The notes beneath the pieces are model-generated. The model made no database searches and was not told where the DNA came from. It saw only the letters and a program-made list of their open reading frames with translations. This document shows, one piece after another, positions 37,098 to 44,718 of a DNA stretch of 64,000 nt (the first letter of the stretch is position 1; each line of letters opens with the position of its first letter). The translations under genes were made by a program, and so were the position numbers. This stretch comes from Desulfurococcales archaeon (GTDB lineage: Archaea > Thermoproteota > Thermoprotei_A > Sulfolobales > WAQK01): positions 24,448-88,447 of the forward strand of contig JALWQH010000052.1 in assembly GCA_027083135.1 (NCBI GenBank), read 5' to 3'.

Positions 37098-38894
37098 ATG
37101 GACGCCCGTCTAGCCGCATCTGTGGCAATAATAGTGTTAATAATAGTAGCTTCTGCTTCAGCCATATATCTCCGGTCTCGTAGAACGGCATCCACGACAA
37201 CTTCAAGCAGTCCGAGTAGCCTGCCTCCTTCCACAATTACCTCAACTACAAGTACATCTATGGCTGCGCGTACAAGTACGTATAGTACGAGAACCACTAC
37301 TAGCACTACTATCACGACAACCACTATATCATCATCGAGCACCACTACAACTACTCATACTACTCCGAGTCCAACTACTACCATGACAACTAAAACACCA
37401 ACATTCACCACAACCAGCACCACCACGATGACCAGTACTACAACCACTATCTCGAAACCCAGCCTCTCCCAATACCTTGCTAGGCAGATCAACGGGCTGC
37501 TTGAACTCTACCCTGAACTCAATCTTAACGCAACAGGCATACTTATCACCACTCTGAACGGAACAGTATTGTACTCGCTTCACCCCCATGAACCTCTCAT
37601 ACCAGCATCAAACATGAAGCTCCTAACAGCAGCGGCGGCTTTAAAGTACCTTGGGCCAGACTATAAGTTCAAGACGGTCTTCATAGTCACAGGGAAAATC
37701 GAGAACTCCACGCTTCACGGAGACATAATAGTTAGAGGCACAGGGGATCCCACCCTTGTTAGCGGCGATTGGGCTGATGAATGGTCACATAAGGTTGCCT
37801 ACCTCTACGATACTGAGCACCTCTTAGATGATGCTGTGAAGCCCTTAGAGAAGCTAGGAATAAAGCGTATCGATGGAAACATAATAATAGATGACTACTA
37901 CCTTGACCACCAGTGGGTTAACCCTACCTGGGAGAAGGAGGATCTCTCACACTGGTATGCTGCTCAGATAGGGGCCCTTGGAATAAACAGGAATATCGAG
38001 CTGCTTGAACTATACCCGCAGCCTTCAGGCAAGGTCAAAATAAAAGTCGTGCCTGACGTCGGCTACATCAACGTGACCTTCGCTGGAAGAGTAGTGAAGA
38101 GCAGCAGCGATGTAAAACAGTGGGCTGTAGAGGTCAGAGAGCCTGGGACAAATAATGTTAAAATAGTCGGAGATCTTCCCATGGATATAGATGTCTACTA
38201 CCTATCTGTAACGGTTAATGATCCAGGTATGTATTTTGGAGCAGTATTCAAGAAGGTCCTAGAGGATCATGGGATAAAGGTTATGGGAGGAGTCAAGCGG
38301 GCTAATACTACTGGGTGGAAGAATCAGACGATCACTGTGATAACTCTTCAATCAAAGCCTCTTAAAGATATTATAAGATTAATGCTTAAGAAGAGCCTTA
38401 ATCTCTACGCAGACCACCTCTTCAAAGTTCTAGGAAAAGTAGTGGTAGGCGAGGGCTCCTGGAAGGGAGGCTCTAAGGCTGTGGAAAAAATGCTGAGGGA
38501 TCTGAGCATAATGGAGGATGGAGTTAAAATAGTTGATGGTTCAGGGCTCTCCAGGGAGAACAGGGTTACTCCAAGCCTCCTAGTAAATTTGCTGCGCATA
38601 TATGCAGGTAATAAGATCCTCTATAATTCCCTGCCCATAGCAGGCTGGGACGGCACGCTTAAGCATAGGATGCTGGACACCCCTGCTGAGGGTAACTTAA
38701 GGGCTAAGACAGGAACCCTCACAGGAGTATCAGCTCTTAGCGGCTATGTTAAAACCAGGGATAATGTAACACTAGTATTCTCAATGCTGTTCAACGGCTT
38801 CCATGCAACAGCGCACAAGGTTAAATACGAAATAGAGGACTATATAGGGGCTCTTCTAGCAGACATAAATACATCTAAGTACAAGGTGCCCTAA
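37098..38894 (+). CDS. dacB: D-Ala-D-Ala carboxypeptidase/endopeptidase (PBP4, peptidase S13), membrane-anchored via Ser/Thr stalk
   Basis: PASNMK (SxxK), GTGDP, KKSLN (SxN), DGSGLSREN, AKTGT (KTG), LSGY; N-terminal TM and long Thr/Ser linker. Confidence 0.92.
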   Translation: MDARLAASVAIIVLIIVASASAIYLRSRRTASTTTSSSPSSLPPSTITSTTSTSMAARTSTYSTRTTTSTTITTTTISSSSTTTTTHTTPSPTTTMTTKTPTFTTTSTTTMTSTTTTISKPSLSQYLARQINGLLELYPELNLNATGILITTLNGTVLYSLHPHEPLIPASNMKLLTAAAALKYLGPDYKFKTVFIVTGKIENSTLHGDIIVRGTGDPTLVSGDWADEWSHKVAYLYDTEHLLDDAVKPLEKLGIKRIDGNIIIDDYYLDHQWVNPTWEKEDLSHWYAAQIGALGINRNIELLELYPQPSGKVKIKVVPDVGYINVTFAGRVVKSSSDVKQWAVEVREPGTNNVKIVGDLPMDIDVYYLSVTVNDPGMYFGAVFKKVLEDHGIKVMGGVKRANTTGWKNQTITVITLQSKPLKDIIRLMLKKSLNLYADHLFKVLGKVVVGEGSWKGGSKAVEKMLRDLSIMEDGVKIVDGSGLSRENRVTPSLLVNLLRIYAGNKILYNSLPIAGWDGTLKHRMLDTPAEGNLRAKTGTLTGVSALSGYVKTRDNVTLVFSMLFNGFHATAHKVKYEIEDYIGALLADINTSKYKVP

Positions 38895-39072
38895 AGAATA
38901 CTAGGAACATGTGATGCCATGTAATGCATTGTTCTTTTAAGGCTCCATATAATTTCAAGAGGAGCCCTACCCTGAAGAAGCTGGAGGAGATTTGCCTTCA
39001 CACCCATAATGTTGTTAGGAATCCATATATTCTAGAGGATGGATTAATATTCCCCTAATATTAGGGCTAAGC

Positions 39073-39351
39073 TTGGGGAGAGGCATGGTGCGCGTCAGAC
39101 TAGTTGCAACGCTTCGCTCTGAGGCAGGGATAGATGAGATCGAGATAAATGGTTCGGGAATGCTCATGGACATACTTGCTGAGGCTAGGAGAAAGATCCC
39201 TGTGTTGAGGAGGGTTATAGGGGAGGAGGGGGAGCCTAAGCCCACGGCACTTATACTTGTAGATGACGTTGACTATAGGCTGCTTGGGAAAAAATTAAGG
39301 ATTGGCAGGGATAGTGTGATAACAATAATACCTGTCATTCATGGTGGTTAG
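39073..39351 (+). CDS. Ubiquitin-like sulfur carrier (Urm1/SAMP-like)
   Basis: Beta-grasp size, C-terminal IPVIHGG; start may be the ATG at 39085. Confidence 0.8.
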   Translation: MGRGMVRVRLVATLRSEAGIDEIEINGSGMLMDILAEARRKIPVLRRVIGEEGEPKPTALILVDDVDYRLLGKKLRIGRDSVITIIPVIHGG

Positions 39352-39353
39352 GA

Positions 39354-39953
39354 TTGCAGGAGGTTCCTAGCTTCCTTAACGTCAGCTGGGACGATATAGA
39401 TGAGCTCTCCCTAAGCCTGGCTGAACGCATAATCTCATCGGGATTCAAGCCTGACGCTATAGTAGGCATAATGCGTGGAGGCTGGATACCGGCTAGAATA
39501 CTAGCCGATCTCCTTGGAGTCGATATTCTTGACGCCATAGAGATAAAATTCTATAGAGGTATTGGTGAAACACGTGAGAAACCCGTAGTCACCAGGCCCC
39601 CCCTCTCAGATCTCAGGGATAAATCTGTCCTACTAGTAGATGATGTGTCTGATACTGGTAAGAGCCTGTCAGTAGCCGTGTCAGCATTAGTTCTTCTAGG
39701 GCCGGCGCGTATAAGAACAGCTACACTGTACATAAAGCCATGGAGTATGAGCGTGCCAGACTACTATGCCGCTAGCACTGAGTCATGGATTATTTTCCCA
39801 TGGGAGAAAGGAGAGATACTGGGAGAAATAGCCGAATATGCATCCAAGCTAGGCGAGGATCCCCTGGACTTCGCTGTGCATAGACTAGGCTTCCAGCGGG
39901 AACATGTTAAACGTATTTCCAGGGTCAGGGGGCTCGAGATCATTGATAATTAG
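39354..39953 (+). CDS. Purine phosphoribosyltransferase (type I PRTase)
   Basis: GIMRGG, LLVDDVSDTGKS PRPP loop, WIIFPWE. Confidence 0.9.
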   Translation: MQEVPSFLNVSWDDIDELSLSLAERIISSGFKPDAIVGIMRGGWIPARILADLLGVDILDAIEIKFYRGIGETREKPVVTRPPLSDLRDKSVLLVDDVSDTGKSLSVAVSALVLLGPARIRTATLYIKPWSMSVPDYYAASTESWIIFPWEKGEILGEIAEYASKLGEDPLDFAVHRLGFQREHVKRISRVRGLEIIDN

Positions 39954-40482
39954 GGCTGAGACCTCAGGCTGGAATGATCTCTGGGTTCTAGCAGTACTTA
40001 TACGCCTTCCACCCAGCAGGGCTGAGGAGCATGCCCTAAGAATAATTAAAATAGCGGATGATAGAGGACTGCCTTACACGCAGGTTGTCAGGCCTGAAGC
40101 ATTAGTCGGCCCCCTTCACGTCTCCATAGCTTCTGTAACGGCTTATAGAAGACATAGCGCTGGGAAAGGCATAGCCCGATCCCCGTCAATCGAGCTTCTA
40201 CTGAGACTTGCCGGAGAGAGGCAAGTATCCAGAGCTCTAGGAAAACTTGGTGTAAGGAGAGGTGCAGAGCAGGCCTGCCTCATATCGGTCTCACACTTTA
40301 GAGAAAAGATGCATAGCTTCCTAGAAGGCGAGCTAAAGAACATGTTGCTAGGTGAGTGCAGGTGGGGTGGGATCAAAGCAGCGGCTCTTTACGGCTTTAA
40401 CCCCGAATCCTGCATCAGCCCCGAGAAGAGATGCGCGGAAATACGCGCAGCATCCATGGCGGTGAGACCCGAAGTATCATGA
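39904..40482 (+). CDS. cgi121: KEOPS complex subunit Cgi121-like
   Basis: IARSPSIELLLRLAGERQVSRALGKLG motif; start uncertain. Confidence 0.7.
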   Translation: MLNVFPGSGGSRSLIIRAETSGWNDLWVLAVLIRLPPSRAEEHALRIIKIADDRGLPYTQVVRPEALVGPLHVSIASVTAYRRHSAGKGIARSPSIELLLRLAGERQVSRALGKLGVRRGAEQACLISVSHFREKMHSFLEGELKNMLLGECRWGGIKAAALYGFNPESCISPEKRCAEIRAASMAVRPEVS

Positions 40483-40555
40483 AGTTCTCAGCAATGCTTT
40501 AAGCCTGAGACTTTTCAGAGATATATCTGTGGATACACTGTTAGGGGGGTGCATC

Positions 40556-40648
40556 ATGTTCGAAGAGGAAGAGTGGTGGGAGGAAGAGGAAGAAGAAGAG
40601 GAATGGTGGGAAGAGGAGGAAGAGGAAGAAGAATGGGAGGAATTCTAG
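40556..40648 (+). CDS. 30-aa Glu/Trp microprotein MFEEEEWWEEEEEEEEWWEEEEEEEEWEEF
   Basis: ATG with GGGGGGTG RBS 4 nt upstream; Glu codons alternate GAA/GAG in frame; TAG stop. Confidence 0.7.
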   Translation: MFEEEEWWEEEEEEEEWWEEEEEEEEWEEF

Positions 40649-40713
40649 GCCTGAATAGTCAGCCTTATTCTTTAACAGCTTACCCTGCATATCATCCTAT
40701 GTAGATTTAAGGA

Positions 40714-40773
40714 GTGCTCAGATGATGCTGATCCTCATCCCCTAGGATCAGAGCCGTCACCACTCATCATAGC
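40714..40773 (-). ncRNA. Box C/D methylation guide sRNA
   Basis: Minus strand: C ATGATGA, 12-nt guide GTGGTGACGGCT, D' CTGA, C' GGGATGA, 13-nt guide GGATCAGCATCAT, D CTGA; canonical archaeal spacing. Confidence 0.85.
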
Positions 40774-40891
40774 TGCTATGAAGACAATCATCTTCATAGG
40801 CTTTAAACAATTAAATGCTCTCTCCGGATTCCTCTCTAGATATTTGTCCTGGCCTCATAAGACATATAGTTAAGCCAACTATTCCCCTGGT

Positions 40892-42718
40892 ATGAGGCCT
40901 GGAGACAGCAGGGGGATAGAGATGAGGGTTGCGGCAATAGACTATGAGCTCTGCAAGCCCAGCAAGTGTGGATTAGAGTGCATAAGGTTTTGCCCTGTTA
41001 ATAGGATGGGGTCTAAGGCAATAGAGCTTAGCCCTAGTGTTGGAGGCAAACCTGTAATATATGAGGATACCTGTATAGGGTGCGGAATATGCGTTAAGAA
41101 ATGCCCCTTCAAAGCCATAAGCGTTGTAAACCTGCCCGAGGAGCTGGAGGAGGAGGCTGTACATAGATATGGTGTCAACGGCTTCAAGCTTTTCAGGCTT
41201 CCCACTCCTAGGAGGGGAAAGATCCTCGGCATCATAGGTAAGAATGGAACGGGGAAGACAACAGCTCTCCGCATACTAGCAGGAGAACTTAAGCCTAATC
41301 TTGGAAGAATAGGTGAAGAAGCATCATGGGATGATGTTCTAGAGCACTATAGGGGCACAGAGCTCTACGACTACTTCAAGCTGATAGTGAATGGGAGGAT
41401 GAGGGTAGCCCACAAGATACAGCATGTGGACAGGGTGGCCAGATACGTTAAGGGGAGTGTTAGAGAACTATTAGGGAGAGCTGATGAGAGAGGCCTGGCC
41501 TCAGAGCTGGCTGAGAAGCTTGGCTTAAAAGAGATCTGGGATAGGGATATAAGGAAGCTTAGCGGTGGTGAGCTGCAGAAGCTCCTCATAGCCGCGGTTG
41601 TGTCAAAGGATGCTGAGGCATACTTCTTCGATGAGCCTAGCAGCTACCTGGATGTTAGGGAGAGGATAAGAGTGGCCAAGATCATTTCAACAATGCTTCC
41701 CGCCAACAAATACATATTAGTTGTGGAGCATGATCTCGCAATACTTGACTATCTCTCTGACCTGATCTCAATAATCTACGGCGAACCAGGCGTTTATGGA
41801 ATAGTGTCAAGGCCGTATGGCTCAAGAGCAGGTATAAACCACTTCCTCACCGGCTACCTGCCTGCAGAGAACATGAGGATCAGGCCGACCCCCATAAGGT
41901 TCCATGTAAGAGCCTCTGCCCCTGCGAAAAGCTCTGCTCCCCAAACATACTTAGAGTGGAGCAGCATGGAGGTTAGGCTGGGCTCCTTCACCCTAAGCAT
42001 CGAAGGTGGGGAGGCTCTTAGAGGAGAGGTTGTTGGAATAGTGGGTCCTAACGGCATAGGCAAGACAACATTTATCCGCGTCCTGGCAGGCGAGGTGAAG
42101 CCCATTAAAGGTAGTGTAACATGTAGTGGACTCGAGATGAGCTATAAGCCACAATACGTTTCACCAGATATGTATGAGGGTAAAACAGTTGAGGAGGTTT
42201 TACGCGATGCTAACCCTAACTCCCTGGCAAGCGGCAGCTGGCTTTACACGGAGCTTATACGTAAGCTAGGTCTTCCAAGACTTCTAGAACGCGATGCATC
42301 AAGCCTCAGCGGCGGCGAGCTGCAGAAGCTGGCAGTGGCTGAAGCCTTAGCAAGGGAAGCCGACATATACTTGCTCGACGAACCCTCAGCCTACCTCGAC
42401 GTGGAGGAGAGGCTCACAGTTGCAAGAATTATAAGAAGGCTCACAGAGGCCCGCGGCATAACAGCCTTTGTAGTGGAACACGATGTATCTATACAGGACT
42501 TCATAGCCGACAGGCTAATGGTGTTCAGAGGGGAACCAGGAATACGGGGAGAGGCATCAAGACCTCTCAGCCTCAGGCAAGGCATGAACACGTTCCTCAA
42601 AGACCTAGCCGTAACCTTCAGAAGGGATCCCGAGACAGGCAGGCCCAGAATAAATAAGGAGGGAAGCCATCTCGACAGACTTCAGAAAAAGAAGGGAGAA
42701 TACTACTATGCCGTCTAA
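40892..42718 (+). CDS. ABCE1/RLI ribosome recycling ATPase
   Basis: Fe-S domain CKPSKC..CIRFCP and CIGCGICVKKCP, two NBDs with LSGGELQ; likely start at MRVAAID (40922). Confidence 0.97.
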   Translation: MRPGDSRGIEMRVAAIDYELCKPSKCGLECIRFCPVNRMGSKAIELSPSVGGKPVIYEDTCIGCGICVKKCPFKAISVVNLPEELEEEAVHRYGVNGFKLFRLPTPRRGKILGIIGKNGTGKTTALRILAGELKPNLGRIGEEASWDDVLEHYRGTELYDYFKLIVNGRMRVAHKIQHVDRVARYVKGSVRELLGRADERGLASELAEKLGLKEIWDRDIRKLSGGELQKLLIAAVVSKDAEAYFFDEPSSYLDVRERIRVAKIISTMLPANKYILVVEHDLAILDYLSDLISIIYGEPGVYGIVSRPYGSRAGINHFLTGYLPAENMRIRPTPIRFHVRASAPAKSSAPQTYLEWSSMEVRLGSFTLSIEGGEALRGEVVGIVGPNGIGKTTFIRVLAGEVKPIKGSVTCSGLEMSYKPQYVSPDMYEGKTVEEVLRDANPNSLASGSWLYTELIRKLGLPRLLERDASSLSGGELQKLAVAEALAREADIYLLDEPSAYLDVEERLTVARIIRRLTEARGITAFVVEHDVSIQDFIADRLMVFRGEPGIRGEASRPLSLRQGMNTFLKDLAVTFRRDPETGRPRINKEGSHLDRLQKKKGEYYYAV

Positions 42719-42808
42719 ACATATTCTACTCCTGGCTATTCTATATATAGGTGAGAAAGTTTTAAAGCAATGGTACACGTCAAATATATATCTGACAAGG
42801 TGATTTGA

Positions 42809-43843
42809 GTGAAGCCGTACTACATAGTAGTGCTTGCAGCCATTATAGGTATACTAGTATCAACAGTCCCTGCAGTAGCCTCCCCTCATAACACGGATAC
42901 GGGATCATATTATAACGGCGTAGTGTTTCAGGGAAGCAGCCTTAGAGTAGGGCTTAATGATTACGGCGTTCTAGGAGTATATAATACTAGCCTAGGTGCA
43001 GTAGGTTTCCAGTATCCTATAGGCTCATCTTACGAGAGCCTGGCTACAGGATGGTGGGGTGACGGGTGGTCCATATTCTACGGCTCCTCAAGCGCAGGTT
43101 TCTCCCCAAGCGATGATGCTTGGGGGACTATTAGTGGGGTCACCCCTCAGGTAGCCTATGCTAGAGGCATAGATGGAGCAACGCTTACAAGCACCATAGA
43201 GACCAGTGACGGTGCGATTAGAATAACCACAAAGATACATGTATGGAATACTAGGAAATACGTGGTTGCCGATATAGTGATAACCAATATAGGCTCCACC
43301 ACTCTAAGCAACGTTGAGTTCAAGAAGATAGTTGACTGGGATGTATGGGAACCGTATACTGGCTCCTATGATGATTACTGGGGCATCGACTCCCGCATGC
43401 CGCAGCTGCACCTAACCGTGGCATTCCTCAATACAAGTATAGCTCCGGGAACAGTGTACATGGGTTTTGCCTCAACTCCAGGTCCAAATGCTGTTGACTT
43501 ATACTGGGATGACTATACTTCTAGGGGCATAAGCTCCCCTACAGTAGTTTACCTCGACTCGAATGGCGCATCTCCCTCCGCTCCCTTCGATGGTGCAGTC
43601 GTATATGATTGGATTCTCGGTGACATGGCTCCCGGAGAATCTAGAACAATACGCGTAGTATATGCTGCAGGCAATAATTTAGGCGAGCTGGAGACCAATA
43701 TAGCTGACGCTCTATCTGCAACGGTGGGTGGAAGTCTAGTTACATCTGGGAGAAATATTACATCTCTAATATACATGCTTCCTATAACGATGCTTGCAGT
43801 ACTGGCTGCAGCGCTTTATGCACGTAGTAGATTCAAAGCCTGA
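42809..43843 (+). CDS. Secreted/surface protein of unknown function with C-terminal TM anchor
   Basis: Signal peptide, beta-rich Tyr/Trp/Asp body, VGG motif followed by TM and basic tail. Confidence 0.7.
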   Translation: MKPYYIVVLAAIIGILVSTVPAVASPHNTDTGSYYNGVVFQGSSLRVGLNDYGVLGVYNTSLGAVGFQYPIGSSYESLATGWWGDGWSIFYGSSSAGFSPSDDAWGTISGVTPQVAYARGIDGATLTSTIETSDGAIRITTKIHVWNTRKYVVADIVITNIGSTTLSNVEFKKIVDWDVWEPYTGSYDDYWGIDSRMPQLHLTVAFLNTSIAPGTVYMGFASTPGPNAVDLYWDDYTSRGISSPTVVYLDSNGASPSAPFDGAVVYDWILGDMAPGESRTIRVVYAAGNNLGELETNIADALSATVGGSLVTSGRNITSLIYMLPITMLAVLAAALYARSRFKA

Positions 43844-43905
43844 GTTTTTCTAAAATACCTTTATTTTTAAACCTTTATCTCAGATCATTCTAGTGGCCGG
43901 AATCA

Positions 43906-44718
43906 ATGTTCTTCAATCCTCTTGATAGGAAGCCTATAGGTAGAAGCGGCGAGCATGTGTCTGCTATTGGTATAGGTACCTGGGGCATTAGGGATTATGG
44001 CAGGGCTGAGGACACGTTAGCAATGCTTCCCGAGTACGGCATAGATAATATAGATACTGCGGAGATGTATGGTGGGGGATTAGCTGAGAGGCTTGTGGGA
44101 AGAGTTCTAAGGAGAGTTGGCAGGGATAGGTTATTCATAACCACTAAGATGCTGCCCTACCATCTCTCCTCAAGGGATGAAGTAATATCTGCTGCTAAAG
44201 CCTCGCTTAAAAGGCTTGGCGTAAGCCAGGTGGATCTATATCTAATACACTGGCCTAATAGGGAGATCCCTATTTCAACACAGGTTAGGAATTTTGAGGC
44301 GGTGTATGAGGAAGGTTACGCCAGGTATATTGGGGTCAGCAACTTTGATGTCGGAGAGCTTGAGGAGGCTATGCATTCAACCAGGATAGCTGAGATAGTT
44401 GTTGACCAGGTTCGCTACAGTATTCTGAGACGGGATGTAGAGTGTTCTCTCCTCCCATACGCGGTGAGAGAGGGCATCACTCTGCAGGCATACACCCCCC
44501 TCGAGCATGGAGCCGTGGCTAGCCATGAGGCTGTGATCAAGGCTGCTAGAAGAGTTGGAAAAACACCTATACAGGTTGCATTAAACTACCTTATATCTAA
44601 GCCTAGGGTGATAGCCATACCTAAAACTGAGGATCCGGGGCATCTAAGAGAGATTGCTGGCTCCATGGGTTGGCGGCTTCCAGCAGATCTGCTGGAAGCG
44701 CTCTCACATATTGTTTGA
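43906..44718 (+). CDS. Aldo/keto reductase
   Basis: IGIGTW, IDTAEMYG, DLYLIHWP, IGVSNF, IPK. Confidence 0.93.
   Translation: MFFNPLDRKPIGRSGEHVSAIGIGTWGIRDYGRAEDTLAMLPEYGIDNIDTAEMYGGGLAERLVGRVLRRVGRDRLFITTKMLPYHLSSRDEVISAAKASLKRLGVSQVDLYLIHWPNREIPISTQVRNFEAVYEEGYARYIGVSNFDVGELEEAMHSTRIAEIVVDQVRYSILRRDVECSLLPYAVREGITLQAYTPLEHGAVASHEAVIKAARRVGKTPIQVALNYLISKPRVIAIPKTEDPGHLREIAGSMGWRLPADLLEALSHIV

Noticed and set aside
37073-37589. Minus-strand Val-rich and Cys-rich ORFs and ACN trinucleotide repeats
   Set aside because: Shadows of the DacB Thr/Ser stalk; coding low complexity, not a DNA repeat array
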